Shown here piece after piece: positions 9,205 through 19,237 of a DNA stretch of 64,000 bases; the first letter of the stretch is position 1, and every line of letters begins with the position of its first letter. The stretch is from an uncultured virus (IMG/VR IMGVR_UViG_3300014676_000001) (Duplodnaviria; Heunggongvirae; Uroviricota; Caudoviricetes): IMG/VR virus record IMGVR_UViG_3300014676_000001, positions 1 through 64,000 of that record. One strand, given 5' to 3'. The notes below the pieces were generated by a model. The model was given only the letters and a program-made list of their open reading frames with translations, did no database searches and was not told where the DNA came from. The position numbers were made by a program, and so were the translations under genes.

Positions 9205-10090
9205 CTATCAGGATCCGACCGGAGCCGATGCGCTGGAACGCCGGGCAATGAAAGGCTTCGCCAGGCGCATGAATAAGATTGGCAAGGCGTACAAATCAGC
9301 ACTCGACAAAATACCTTCCTCCCTCGCAGTAAACGCCCGATACGAATACCAACTAAACCCAACGCTACTTTCCATCATCCTGAACGATGCCAGTTACCTG
9401 GTGGATCAGGTGCTGCTTGAAGGTGGCGACTACGACCTGTGGTTTTACGAGTACATCGATCTGGCTTCGGAGAAGGGGACCGGGCAGTCGTTCTACAACC
9501 TTAGCCAGCAATCCCCGGTGTACGCAGCCGGGCGTGAGTCGCTGGCGTCCATCCTCGCAAGCGACCCGTACCAGCAACGCATGGCGCTGGTGCATGCCCG
9601 TGTGTTTGAGGAAATGAAGGGTCTGACTGCTGACGTTAAGCGAGATATGGCGCGCGTGCTGACTGATGGCGTGGGCCGTGGTCTCAATCCGCTGGACATT
9701 GCCCGCAACCTGACAGACCAGGCCGGCATCGAGAAGCGCCGGGCAAACCGTATAGCACGCACTGAAGTGACTACCGCGCTGCGCCGGGCTAAGTGGGATG
9801 AAGACCAGGAGGCGAATGACCTTTACGGCCTTAAAACGCTGCTGGTTCACATCTCGGCTCTGTCACCGACAACCCGACATACCCACACAGTGCGCCATGC
9901 CCACCTCTACACCAATGAAGAGGTCCGTGACTGGTACAGCAAGGATGGCAACTCCATCAACTGCAAATGCAGCCAGCAGTCGGTGCTGGTTGATGCGGAC
10001 GGCAAGCCGGAATACCCGGACACCATCACGAAACTCAAGCAGGAATATAAATCGATGCAGGCGCGCGGTTACGCCTGGGCGGAGAAATAG
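9164..10090 (+). CDS. Head morphogenesis protein (SPP1 gp7/Mu gpF-like)
   Basis: RANRIARTE, TTRHTH, INCKC motifs. Confidence 0.85.
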   Translation: MAAKKTKPPILPRNYQDPTGADALERRAMKGFARRMNKIGKAYKSALDKIPSSLAVNARYEYQLNPTLLSIILNDASYLVDQVLLEGGDYDLWFYEYIDLASEKGTGQSFYNLSQQSPVYAAGRESLASILASDPYQQRMALVHARVFEEMKGLTADVKRDMARVLTDGVGRGLNPLDIARNLTDQAGIEKRRANRIARTEVTTALRRAKWDEDQEANDLYGLKTLLVHISALSPTTRHTHTVRHAHLYTNEEVRDWYSKDGNSINCKCSQQSVLVDADGKPEYPDTITKLKQEYKSMQARGYAWAEK

Positions 10091-10092
10091 CT

Positions 10093-11358
10093 ATGCCAAT
10101 GCAGGTAAACATCACTACGAAGGTGAACAGTCAGTCTATCCGGCGCGAAACATACAACGGGCGTGAGCACCTGGTGCTGCCGAGTTACACGCTGCCGGCG
10201 AACGTCGTCATGAATGGCGGGCTGTACACGCAAGAGCAAATCGACGCCCACTATAAGGGGCTGGAAGGTACCCTGGCACCGCTTGGGCACCCTCAAGTTA
10301 ACGGTCAGTTCGTGTCTGCTTTCTCCCCAGAGGGGATTAACGCAGGCCATATCGGCGCGTGGAACCGCAACGTTAAGAAGTCCGGCAATCGTATTTACCT
10401 CGAAAAGTGGGTTGATGTGGCCCGTGCCAGTGAGTCAGCGGGCGGCAAAGAACTGCTTGAACGTGTCGCGGCCATTGAGCGTGGTGAAGACGTTCCACCT
10501 ATTCATACCAGCGTGGCCGCATTCCTCGATCAGCTTGAGCCGAACGAGCAGGAGCGCGCAACAGGTGCGGAGTGGGTTGCCGACATCCATCGCATGGACC
10601 ACGACGCGATCCTGCTGCACGAAGTCGGGGCGGCAACTCCTGAGCAGGGCGTTGGCCTGATGGTCAATGCCGATCTGGCTCAACCGCTCAAGGCTAACTC
10701 GGGCGCGCTGGTTGGCGAATCCTACCGGGAGCGCGAACAGCGTCTCGATCGCGCAGCCAAAGCGAAGTTTGCGGCGGGCGCGGATGAATACGCATGGGTT
10801 GCTGACTTCACTGACTCGCAAGCGGTAATCATCCGCAACGGCGGAACTGCTGAGGTGTTTGGGTACAAGTCTGAGGGCGGAGTTATCACCTTCGACGATA
10901 CCGGCACCGCAGTAGCGCGCCAGGAGTCGTGGGTCGCAGTCGTAGCTAACAAATTCAAAGCTCTATTCACACCGCAGGAACAGCCTGCACCAAACCACAA
11001 AACGGAGGGCGACATGCCTTTAACCAAAGAAGAACTGGAACAAATCGGCAGCATGATCGGCCAGGCTGTTGCGACCAATACTGAAGCGGCTATTAAGCCT
11101 CTCGCGGAAAAGGTTGATGCGCTACAGGCCAACCAGAAGCAACTCGCTGACACCCTGACCGCAAACTCACGCGCTGAAGAGAAATCCAAGCGTGATGCGG
11201 TTGCTAAGGTCCATGGTGACATCGTGGCCAACGCGCTTTCTGGCGATGCGCTGGACGCAATGTTCAAGTCGCTGGGCGAAGCTGCTCCGCTGGGCACCAA
11301 CAATGCTCAACAGCACAAAGAAACCGGCGCACCTGCCGCAGACGAACACTTCAAGTAA
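10093..11358 (+). CDS. Prohead protease/scaffold
   Basis: Position before capsid genes; PLGHP and DHDAILL motifs; helical C-terminus. Confidence 0.65.
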   Translation: MPMQVNITTKVNSQSIRRETYNGREHLVLPSYTLPANVVMNGGLYTQEQIDAHYKGLEGTLAPLGHPQVNGQFVSAFSPEGINAGHIGAWNRNVKKSGNRIYLEKWVDVARASESAGGKELLERVAAIERGEDVPPIHTSVAAFLDQLEPNEQERATGAEWVADIHRMDHDAILLHEVGAATPEQGVGLMVNADLAQPLKANSGALVGESYREREQRLDRAAKAKFAAGADEYAWVADFTDSQAVIIRNGGTAEVFGYKSEGGVITFDDTGTAVARQESWVAVVANKFKALFTPQEQPAPNHKTEGDMPLTKEELEQIGSMIGQAVATNTEAAIKPLAEKVDALQANQKQLADTLTANSRAEEKSKRDAVAKVHGDIVANALSGDALDAMFKSLGEAAPLGTNNAQQHKETGAPAADEHFK

Positions 11359-11370
11359 GGAGCCGGAATA

Positions 11371-11820
11371 ATGCCACGTTATCGTCGCGTTAATATCGAC
11401 GGTCAGTCTCTGTACAAGACCGAAACCCGCACTACGGCCGCCGCGCTGCTTCCGGGCACCGCCGCAACCATCAACTCTTCCGATAAGTTTGCACAGGCCA
11501 CCGCGCTAACCGGCCGCCTGTACATCATCGATGTCGGTTATCACCAGGGCCTGACCATCACCGAATCAATCCCTGCCGGTGATTCGGCTGTCGGCAATTA
11601 CGTCGAAGAAGGGCGTGAGTTGGCTCTGCTGTGCGTGCCTGGCGCGTATAAGAAAGACAGCCCGATCAAGCTGGGCACGGCTGGTCAGTTCACCCTTGCA
11701 ACCTCCGACACTGATTCAGTGATCGGCTACAGCCAGGATGAACACACCATCGCCGCCAGCACCACCGACTTCATTCGCGTGCGCATGCGCGTTGGCACTG
11801 TCGCCTCAGCTGGCGCGTAA
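11371..11820 (+). CDS. Head decoration protein (putative)
   Basis: 149 aa between scaffold and capsid. Confidence 0.55.
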   Translation: MPRYRRVNIDGQSLYKTETRTTAAALLPGTAATINSSDKFAQATALTGRLYIIDVGYHQGLTITESIPAGDSAVGNYVEEGRELALLCVPGAYKKDSPIKLGTAGQFTLATSDTDSVIGYSQDEHTIAASTTDFIRVRMRVGTVASAGA

Positions 11821-11837
11821 CAAAAGGACAAACACAT

Positions 11838-12914
11838 ATGTACTTCTCTAAAGAGACGCTGGCGACTAACTCCCGCCTTGGCGGGCACTGGAGCGAGCTG
11901 TGGGCAAACCGCAACATGTGGAACCTGCAGAATGACTCCATCATTGCGGCTAACCGCGCAATCATGACGCCTGACATGCTGGCATGTAACGCAGTTGGTG
12001 GTTTCTCCCGTGACTTCTGGGCTGAGATTGACAACCAGGTGCTGCAGCTGCGCGATCAGGAAGTTGGCATGGAAATCGTGAACGACCTTATCGGCGTTCA
12101 GACGGTGCTGCCGGTTGGTAAAACCGCCAAGCTGTATAATGTGGTTGGCGACATCGCCGATGACGTGTCAGTTAGCATCGATGGCCAGGCGCCATTCTCC
12201 TTCGATCACACTGACTACGCGAGCGACGGTGACCCGATTCCGGTGTTCACTGCTGGTTACGGTGTTAACTGGCGTCATGCTGCTGGCCTGAACTCTGTGG
12301 GCATTGATCTGGTCCTGGACTCGCAGATGGCTAAGATGCGCAAGTTCAACCAGAAGCGCGTCAACTACTACCTGAACGGCGATTCAAAAATTCAGGTTCA
12401 GTCCTATCCTGCGCAGGGCATCAAAAACCACCGCAACACCAAGAAGATTAACCTCGGATCTGGTGCTGGTGGCGCGAACATCGACCTGACCACCGCTGAC
12501 ATGACTGCGATCTTCGCATTCTTCGGTAAAGGGGCATTCGGTACAACCGCGCGCACGAACAAAGTCGCCGCATACGATGTGATGTGGGTTTCCCCGGAAA
12601 TCTGGGCAAACCTGGCGCAGCCGTACGTGGTGAATGGCGTTGTAAGCGGCACTGTATTGCAGGCGGTTCTGCCGTTCGCGCCGGTGAAAGAAATCCGTAT
12701 GAGCTTCGCGCTGACCGGTAACGAGTTTATTGCGTACGTTCGTCGCCGTGACGTGATCTCACCACTGGTGGGTATGGCTGTAGGCGTTGTTCCGCTGCCG
12801 CGCCCACTGCCTAACGTTAACTACAACTTCCAGATCATGTCTGCTGAAGGTCTGCAAATTACCGCAGACGATCAGGGCCTGTCTGGCGTTGTCTACGGCG
12901 CTAACCTGGCGTAA
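11838..12914 (+). CDS. Major capsid protein
   Basis: 358 aa, head-operon position, strong RBS. Confidence 0.8.
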   Translation: MYFSKETLATNSRLGGHWSELWANRNMWNLQNDSIIAANRAIMTPDMLACNAVGGFSRDFWAEIDNQVLQLRDQEVGMEIVNDLIGVQTVLPVGKTAKLYNVVGDIADDVSVSIDGQAPFSFDHTDYASDGDPIPVFTAGYGVNWRHAAGLNSVGIDLVLDSQMAKMRKFNQKRVNYYLNGDSKIQVQSYPAQGIKNHRNTKKINLGSGAGGANIDLTTADMTAIFAFFGKGAFGTTARTNKVAAYDVMWVSPEIWANLAQPYVVNGVVSGTVLQAVLPFAPVKEIRMSFALTGNEFIAYVRRRDVISPLVGMAVGVVPLPRPLPNVNYNFQIMSAEGLQITADDQGLSGVVYGANLA

Positions 12915-12923
12915 GGAAACAGC

Positions 12924-13217
12924 ATGGCTAAATACGAAGTTGTGCGCCCATGGTTCGGCGTGAAGGTTGGCGACGTGGTGGAGATGAAAGAGCTTCACCC
13001 GGCGTTGAAGTCTAACGTCAGGCTGATGAAAGGCGAGGCTGGGGGTGAGCTGAAACCTGCGACACCTGATGCCGGTACTGGTGAGAAATCTCGCAAAGAG
13101 ATTATTCAGGACCGCCTGACCCAGCTGGGTATTGAGTTCAAAGGCACCCTGGGAGCGGAAAAGCTCAGTGAGCTGTTGCCGGATGGCGAACTCGAAAAGC
13201 TTTTCCCTGCTGAATAA
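12924..13217 (+). CDS. Hypothetical virion-associated protein
   Basis: RBS AAGGA; followed by terminator at about 13219-13242. Confidence 0.7.
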   Translation: MAKYEVVRPWFGVKVGDVVEMKELHPALKSNVRLMKGEAGGELKPATPDAGTGEKSRKEIIQDRLTQLGIEFKGTLGAEKLSELLPDGELEKLFPAE

Positions 13218-13279
13218 CAGCCGCCGCTAAGGCGGTTTTTTTATGCCCCGCTCCGGCGGGGTATTTCACGGAGTCGATA

Positions 13280-13681
13280 ATGGTAACTCTCGAACAGGCA
13301 AAGGAGTATCTGGAGAGCCAGGGAATTACCATTCCCGATTTTGTTCTTCAGGCTCTCGTCGACCAGGCCAACAGCATTCAGGAGTGTCTGGATGCGCATT
13401 ACCCTCCCGCAACCGCTCTGCTAATACAGTCCTACCTGTTGGGGCTAATGGCGCTGGGGCAGGGTGACAAGTACATCAGTTCTCAGACAGGGCCCAACGG
13501 CGCATCACGCTCATTTCGGTACCTGTCTTTTGCTGACCGATGGAAAGCCTCTCTGGGGCTTCTGAGGGGACTAGATAAGTATGGATGCGCTACAAGCCTG
13601 ATCCCGCCTGATCCAACTAACACCGCTTTTGCTGGCATCTGGATTGCCCGAGGCGGCTGCATGTGCAACGGGAGTCGATGA
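13280..13681 (+). CDS. Head-tail adaptor (putative)
   Basis: Position and size; ISSQTGPNGASRSF. Confidence 0.6.
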   Translation: MVTLEQAKEYLESQGITIPDFVLQALVDQANSIQECLDAHYPPATALLIQSYLLGLMALGQGDKYISSQTGPNGASRSFRYLSFADRWKASLGLLRGLDKYGCATSLIPPDPTNTAFAGIWIARGGCMCNGSR

Positions 13682-13869
13682 TGGCGTTGATATCGGTCAA
13701 GCAGAGGCTTCCTGAGCCCTTCGTAAAGGTCTGGGTTATCACTGACTGCGGGCGGCGGGTCACGGGTTACGTTAAAAGTAACGGTGAATGGTATTTGCTG
13801 TGCCGGAAGGTAGCCGCTGAGAATCCGGAGATTATCCGGTGGGAGGATGATAGTGTCAGCCACGGCTAA
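13678..13869 (+). CDS. Small DUF551-like hypothetical protein
   Basis: ISVKQRLPE motif. Confidence 0.5.
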   Translation: MMALISVKQRLPEPFVKVWVITDCGRRVTGYVKSNGEWYLLCRKVAAENPEIIRWEDDSVSHG

Positions 13870-14215
13870 CTGGTCTTACACCAATGTCGCCACTGTCTAC
13901 CCTCGCGTCTATGACGACTGGAACAACACCTGGACAAACGGCACCCCATACCTGATTGACTGCACCTGGACGGCGAACAATGAAGTTGCCGTTGATGGCA
14001 GTGGTAAAGAGTTCACCACGAACCTGATTTTCTTTACTGAGCTGAAGCGTAATGGCGTTACCGCAACCATGCCACAGCGAGACTGGTACATCGCCAGAGG
14101 TGACACTACGGCACTATCAGATCCGCTAAAAGCTGGCGCTAATGTCATCAAAGCTGTAACCGACTGGGATATGTCATTTTTCGGTGAAGAGCCCGACTAC
14201 AAAATCCTGACGTGA
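13847..14215 (+). CDS. Head closure protein (putative)
   Basis: Neck-gene position, beta-rich. Confidence 0.55.
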   Translation: MIVSATANWSYTNVATVYPRVYDDWNNTWTNGTPYLIDCTWTANNEVAVDGSGKEFTTNLIFFTELKRNGVTATMPQRDWYIARGDTTALSDPLKAGANVIKAVTDWDMSFFGEEPDYKILT

Positions 14216-14222
14216 GGTAATC

Positions 14223-14618
14223 ATGCCCGTTAAAGGTATCAAGCGCGTCCAGATGAATACCAGCAGGGTGCTGAGTGACATAGCCGGAATACGCACGGAG
14301 AAGGTTCTGTATCAAGTCATGAATGCCGGTGCCAATCATGCTGCTCTAATCACTCCTGTTAAATCGTCAACCCTCATCAACAGCCAGTACAAGCGGCTCG
14401 AACCCATGCCCTCAGGAATGATAGGCAGAGTGGGTTACACGGCAAATTATGCAGCTGCTGTTAATGCTGCAAAGGGCAAGCTCAAGGGCAAGCCAAGGCC
14501 TGACGGTAGCGGTAATTACTGGGACCCTAACGGCGAGCCGGACTTTCTCCGCAAAGGCTTTGAGCGCGACGGCCTCAACGAGATTAAGGCCATCATCAGG
14601 CAAGGATACAAAGTATGA
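14223..14618 (+). CDS. Neck protein, HK97 gp10-like
   Basis: TPVKSSTLINS, VGYTANYAAAV, FLRKG motifs. Confidence 0.65.
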   Translation: MPVKGIKRVQMNTSRVLSDIAGIRTEKVLYQVMNAGANHAALITPVKSSTLINSQYKRLEPMPSGMIGRVGYTANYAAAVNAAKGKLKGKPRPDGSGNYWDPNGEPDFLRKGFERDGLNEIKAIIRQGYKV

Positions 14619-15001
14619 CGCGTAGCGAGGTGTATGACGCTCTGAGAGCGTGGTTGCAGTCCCACGGTTTTGATGTCGGCTATCGCGTCCAGAAACGCTT
14701 CTGGAACGAGCTGGAAGGAACTGAAGGGGAAAGATACCTCGTCATCCAGCAGGGCAGTGGCGGCAAGCCTGATGAGGCCATAACACGAGATTATTTCAGA
14801 TTCCTTGTTCTTTCCGGTCAGAACGACAGCGACATTAACGAAGTTGAAGACCACGCTGATGCAATACGTCAGGCGATGATCGACGACTACCAGACTGAGT
14901 GCATCATCTCGATGCAGCCAATCGGCGGTATCCCCGCCATCCAGACCGAAGAAGGTCGCTACCTCTTCGATATTTCATTTCAAACCATCATTTCCCGATA
15001 A
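14615..15001 (+). CDS. Tail terminator (putative)
   Basis: Acidic 128-aa ORF before tail tube. Confidence 0.6.
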   Translation: MTRSEVYDALRAWLQSHGFDVGYRVQKRFWNELEGTEGERYLVIQQGSGGKPDEAITRDYFRFLVLSGQNDSDINEVEDHADAIRQAMIDDYQTECIISMQPIGGIPAIQTEEGRYLFDISFQTIISR

Positions 15002-15016
15002 CACGGAGATAAAGAC

Positions 15017-15751
15017 ATGGCATGTGAAGCTGGTGCTTTCACAGGGCGTGATGTCGTCGTTTACTACGCGATTGGCTGCCCCGAATCACAACCCGCCAAC
15101 GGTGACTATAAGCGCCTTGGCATGATGCGCGGGAAGACTGTTTCCGCCGAATGGGATACCGCAGACGCTACCGCTGATATGAGCGCAGCGTACACGCAGG
15201 AAAATCTCGTAACCTATAAGAACATCTCGTTTTCTGGGGACGGTGTAACCCGCAAAGAAGATGTTTATGCGCAGAACGCGTTGAAGCGTCACGTATACAA
15301 CCCGCCGGCAGAGACAAGTAACCAGCCGTATGTCTGGCTGAAAATCATCTCTCCAAACGACATCACCGAAGGCCCGTTCATGGTTACTTCGTGGGAAGAC
15401 GAAGCTCCTCATGATGACGTGGCCACATGGTCTATTGAGGCGTCAAGCGCGGGGCAGGTGGACGTTCGTGATGTCGGCGCCGTAATCACGATCACTACGC
15501 AGCCGCAGAACCGCACGCTCACGGTGGGCGATGCGCTCAATCTTTCGGTGGCAGCCAATGTCTCTGACAGTTCCTCTCTCACCTATCAGTGGAAGAAGGG
15601 CGGAACTGACATCTCTGGTGCGACGAACGCTACCTACACGAAGGCCAGCGTCGTTGCGGGTGATGCGGGTTCTTACTCCTGTCAGGTTACATCCTCAACC
15701 GCCGGCTCGGTAACCTCCAGCCCAGCTACTGTAACCGTGAACGCAGCCTAA
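15017..15751 (+). CDS. Major tail tube protein with C-terminal Ig-like domain
   Basis: ITTQPQN...LTYQWKK...DAGSYSCQV Ig motif. Confidence 0.85.
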   Translation: MACEAGAFTGRDVVVYYAIGCPESQPANGDYKRLGMMRGKTVSAEWDTADATADMSAAYTQENLVTYKNISFSGDGVTRKEDVYAQNALKRHVYNPPAETSNQPYVWLKIISPNDITEGPFMVTSWEDEAPHDDVATWSIEASSAGQVDVRDVGAVITITTQPQNRTLTVGDALNLSVAANVSDSSSLTYQWKKGGTDISGATNATYTKASVVAGDAGSYSCQVTSSTAGSVTSSPATVTVNAA

Positions 15752-15791
15752 ATCCATGGGAGGCTTGGCCTCCCTCTTATTGAGAGTTTCC

Positions 15792-16445
15792 ATGAAAGCA
15801 ATCACCGATATCGGCCAGGCTGTCATTCGCGCCAGCGGCAAAGAGATATTCCTCAACCCTTCATTCCTGGCTATGTCCCGAATCGGAACGCCTGAGCAAA
15901 TCGTTGATGCTTTCGTGAAAGTTCATGCGGGTCATTACCCAAAGCACAGAATTGCTGACATCCAGACTCTCAAGGCGGCCAATGCCCGCTGCTTTGCTGA
16001 AATGGCCGCAGCTGCAGCTAGTGTGGTCAGGCATTGCTCTGAAGGCGACGTTGCCGAAGTCATTGGCTCTTACTCAGTGACTACGGCGGGGCGTCTCGTG
16101 TTTAAGCCTGGCTCGTTGCCAGTTGAAGACGTCATCCAGCTGGCGCGTCACCTGATTTTGCATGGCGTAATGGGTGATCAGCCGCCCGAAGAGTTCGAGA
16201 GCAAGAAAGGCGAGTACAGCGATAAATTCGATGCCCGTACATTCGTTTATACCGCAGTTGCCCACCTCGGGATGAGTGAGGCAGACGCCTGGAACATGAC
16301 GATGACCAGCTTCCGGGCTGCCATGAATGCCAAGTTCCCGCAGAAGGATAAAGGGAAGGTGCCAACCCAGGAAAAATACGACGAGGTTATGGACTGGGCA
16401 GAGCAGATGCTAGCGATGGATTCGCAGAGGCATGGGCCGCACTAA
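15792..16445 (+). CDS. Tail assembly chaperone (putative)
   Basis: Follows tail tube; HLGMSEADAWNMTMT motif. Confidence 0.6.
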   Translation: MKAITDIGQAVIRASGKEIFLNPSFLAMSRIGTPEQIVDAFVKVHAGHYPKHRIADIQTLKAANARCFAEMAAAAASVVRHCSEGDVAEVIGSYSVTTAGRLVFKPGSLPVEDVIQLARHLILHGVMGDQPPEEFESKKGEYSDKFDARTFVYTAVAHLGMSEADAWNMTMTSFRAAMNAKFPQKDKGKVPTQEKYDEVMDWAEQMLAMDSQRHGPH

Positions 16446-16454
16446 ATGGCCCAC

Positions 16455-16898
16455 TCAGGTGGGCTTTTTCTCAGGAATCTCAGCAGTGAAGCCGGTCACA
16501 TCCCAAGTTTTTTCCCATATCTCATAACCAAGCTCTTTAAGGCGTAGGAAAGTTTTTTGGAAGACGGTATCGAAATCCTCATCGCTTAGCCCATCAAGCT
16601 CCAAATCATCAAGGTGGATATGGAAGGTGGTGTGACCAATTCTGACCTTTTTATTAATCTCAGAGAAAGTTCTTTTGAAAATTATCGCTGATAGCTCATC
16701 CCTTGCCTTGCTTACTATCTGAATAGCCTCTTCGGCAGAGATGACCTCATCATCTGACACTTCTGCCAAAAAGCTACCATCAAGCCTCTGCACAATTTCT
16801 GCATTCATTGAACGGTTGTTAGCTTTGGCAGAGTCTTCAATTTTCTCTTTAAGTTCAACTGGAAGCCTGATTCGTAGCTGCGGATCTTCTCTGCTCAT
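16455..16898 (-). CDS. Arc/Mnt-family repressor
   Basis: DPQLRIRLPVELK...NNRSMNAEIVQRL ribbon-helix-helix. Confidence 0.88.
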   Translation of the reverse strand: MSREDPQLRIRLPVELKEKIEDSAKANNRSMNAEIVQRLDGSFLAEVSDDEVISAEEAIQIVSKARDELSAIIFKRTFSEINKKVRIGHTTFHIHLDDLELDGLSDEDFDTVFQKTFLRLKELGYEIWEKTWDVTGFTAEIPEKKPT

Positions 16899-16939
16899 GT
16901 TCAGCGTTATGCCTACAAAAAATTCACAATAAGTAAATT

Positions 16940-17009
16940 ATGCCCCACCGTGGGGTTGACAGCAATGACGCACGGTGTGACACTTACATCAAGCCTCACG
17001 GTGGGGCAT
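16940..17009. promoter_or_regulatory. Divergent promoter/operator of immI-like module
   Basis: 13-bp inverted repeat ATGCCCCACCGTG/CACGGTGGGGCAT, a third CACGGTG at 16971, TTGACA at 16956. Confidence 0.65.
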
Positions 17010-17024
17010 TTACTGGAGGGTTTA

Positions 17025-17192
17025 ATGGAAAAGGCAAAAGACATGTACCAACGCAAGGTTCGCTTCCCTGAAGACGTACGTAAGGCTATCGAGAAGAACG
17101 GTGGCGATGAGTGTCGTCAGTTTAATACAGAGCTTATTTACCAGCTGAGAAAGGTGTACGGATTGGCAGGTGAGAAAAGTGCTCAAGCATAA
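17025..17192 (+). CDS. Arc-family DNA-binding protein
   Basis: KVRFPEDVRKAIE...RQFNTELIYQL; RBS GGAGG. Confidence 0.75.
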   Translation: MEKAKDMYQRKVRFPEDVRKAIEKNGGDECRQFNTELIYQLRKVYGLAGEKSAQA

Positions 17193-17265
17193 AAACGTTG
17201 AAGCCCCGGCTGCGCTAACAGTCAGGGCTTCGGTATCGAACAAATCCGGCAAGGAAAATATCGAC
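17192..17265 (-). ncRNA. Sar-like antisense RNA covering the antirepressor RBS
   Basis: GAAGCCCCGGCTGCGCTAACAGTCAGGGCTTC hairpin resembles the P22 arc-ant intergenic region as I recall it; minus-strand -10 TACAAT at 17277-17272. Confidence 0.6.
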
Positions 17266-17907
17266 ATGAATATTGTAGCAAAATCAGATTACAACTTCCA
17301 AGGATTCGCATTTAACCCAGTGACAGAAGGCGGGGCTATCTGGTTTACCTCCACCGAACTGGCGAAGGCACTCGGTTATAAAAAAACTGATGCCATCAGC
17401 CAAATTTATGCACGTAATGCTGATGAGTTTTCCGAGTCGATGTCATTGACACTCAATATGAAGGTCAACGGGATAAACAATAGCTTACGTAACAAATCGG
17501 TCAGGGTTTATTCACTTCGAGGCGCTCATTTGGTTGCGATGTTTGCCTCAACACCAAAGGCCAAAGATTTCCGACGCTGGGCGCTGGACATCCTGGATCG
17601 CGAGGTTAAGGACTCACCGATCGCCAAGCAGTTTTCTGATGAGGAGTTGGTGAGTCTTTGTTACTTGCAGCTCTGGATGGAAAAGAGCCAGCAGATCAGC
17701 AAGAAGCTCTATCCTGCGATGCGCGAACTGGGATCTGAACTTTCAGGCAAGCTACGCGATATCGCACATGAAACCAGGTACATGACGGACGAAACCAAAA
17801 AGATTTTACTCCGAGAAACACAAAACTTGGATAACACGAATTTTGTCGTAAGTAGCGCTCAGCCTGTGCTGGCAAAACTCCGCGGCGAAGACGGATGGAT
17901 TCACTGA
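17266..17907 (+). CDS. BRO-N antirepressor (P22 Ant-like)
   Basis: IWFTSTELAKALGY, VYSLRGAHLVAMFA, AKDFRRW, FSDEELVSL. Confidence 0.85.
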   Translation: MNIVAKSDYNFQGFAFNPVTEGGAIWFTSTELAKALGYKKTDAISQIYARNADEFSESMSLTLNMKVNGINNSLRNKSVRVYSLRGAHLVAMFASTPKAKDFRRWALDILDREVKDSPIAKQFSDEELVSLCYLQLWMEKSQQISKKLYPAMRELGSELSGKLRDIAHETRYMTDETKKILLRETQNLDNTNFVVSSAQPVLAKLRGEDGWIH

Positions 17908-17991
17908 TGGGCGCATGGGATGGCGCAAAAAGAAAAAGCCGATAGTTCGAGCTACCGGCTTCCTTTGAAACTTGTCATAAGGGTCCAACCA

Positions 17992-18765
17992 ATGACTTCT
18001 TTAAATTTAGCAGTTCATGAACCAAATGTCGATCCCAAGCCACTGCCAGTGATTGAATGGAAGGGGTTGCGTGTTGTTACGACTGAAACGCTGGCCGCAG
18101 GTTATGGTTCTGATGAGGCTAATATTAGGAAAAACCTTTCGCGCAATGCCAGCCGCTTCATTGAGGGCATCCACATCTTCACCATTAAAGGCCAAGAGCT
18201 GAAGGATTTGCGAGTGACTAATAGTCACGCACAAATTTCGAGCAAAGCCCGCTCTGTTGTTTTTTGGACCGAAAAGGGCGCGGCCCGTATGTCGAAGATT
18301 GTTGATACTGACGAAGCATGGGCCTTTTTCGAACGCCTTGAGGATGCTTACTTCCGTCCAACTCCATCAATGGGTATCCCGCTGACCTATGAAGCAGCTC
18401 TGGAAGACCTCCTGACAAAAGTGAAAGAGAACCGCATTATTGCTGAACAGCGCGATCGTGCAGTTAAAGAGAAGCGCTGGATCTCTGAGAAACGCGAAGT
18501 AACCGCGATGGCAACAGCTTCCGCTGCTGTTCGTGCCAAAAACAAACTGGCGGAACGCATCGGGGAAGGAAAAAACTATGCCGCCATTATCCCGGTAGAG
18601 AAGAAGCTCGGACAGAAATTCAAATGGCAGCCACTGCGCAAGTGGTGCAGGGAGAATAGCGCCGAACCGCATGAGGTTGAGGATCCGCGTTTTGGCACCG
18701 TGAAGTCCTGGCCTCGCGCTGCATGGATGGCGGTGTACAACGTGGATTTGCGCAAGATCTTTTAA
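17992..18765 (+). CDS. ORF6N-domain antirepressor-like protein
   Basis: RVVTTETLAAGYG, WTEKGAARMSKIVDTDEAW, LEDAYF. Confidence 0.8.
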   Translation: MTSLNLAVHEPNVDPKPLPVIEWKGLRVVTTETLAAGYGSDEANIRKNLSRNASRFIEGIHIFTIKGQELKDLRVTNSHAQISSKARSVVFWTEKGAARMSKIVDTDEAWAFFERLEDAYFRPTPSMGIPLTYEAALEDLLTKVKENRIIAEQRDRAVKEKRWISEKREVTAMATASAAVRAKNKLAERIGEGKNYAAIIPVEKKLGQKFKWQPLRKWCRENSAEPHEVEDPRFGTVKSWPRAAWMAVYNVDLRKIF

Positions 18766-18907
18766 TCGGCGTAAAAGTCCGCCAATCCGCCGATTTCTCA
18801 GCCAATCGACATCCCAACCCGCTTAACTGCGGGTTTTGTCGTTCCTGCTGATCTCGCCGTCAACAGATGGTAGGATTCATTTGATACCAAAAAACTGGAG
18901 AAGCTAC

Positions 18908-19237
18908 ATGGAACAAGACCAATTGCAGCGCTTGGCAGAGGAAGTTGCTGCTGCCTATTTACGCTATCTTAAACATAAAACTGGTGATGATAAAGTTACA
19001 TATGATGGAGTCACGAAGCGTGTTGTATTTGAAGAGTTGGTGTTTGCTCTCGTTGGTGTGTCTCACTACAATGCTAAAAACTCACCAGAGCACCCAATTT
19101 TAAGCGATCCACATAAACATCTTTCTGAGATGATAAATATATTCACCAAGCCATACACGATTACTGATTTTGGTATTAGGGTTGTTGAGCATCTTAACGA
19201 GATATCCATCCATAAAGAGCGCGGGGCTGCGATGTGA
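18908..19237 (+). CDS. Hypothetical moron protein
   Basis: AT-rich; RBS GGAG before ATG 18908. Confidence 0.65.
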   Translation: MEQDQLQRLAEEVAAAYLRYLKHKTGDDKVTYDGVTKRVVFEELVFALVGVSHYNAKNSPEHPILSDPHKHLSEMINIFTKPYTITDFGIRVVEHLNEISIHKERGAAM

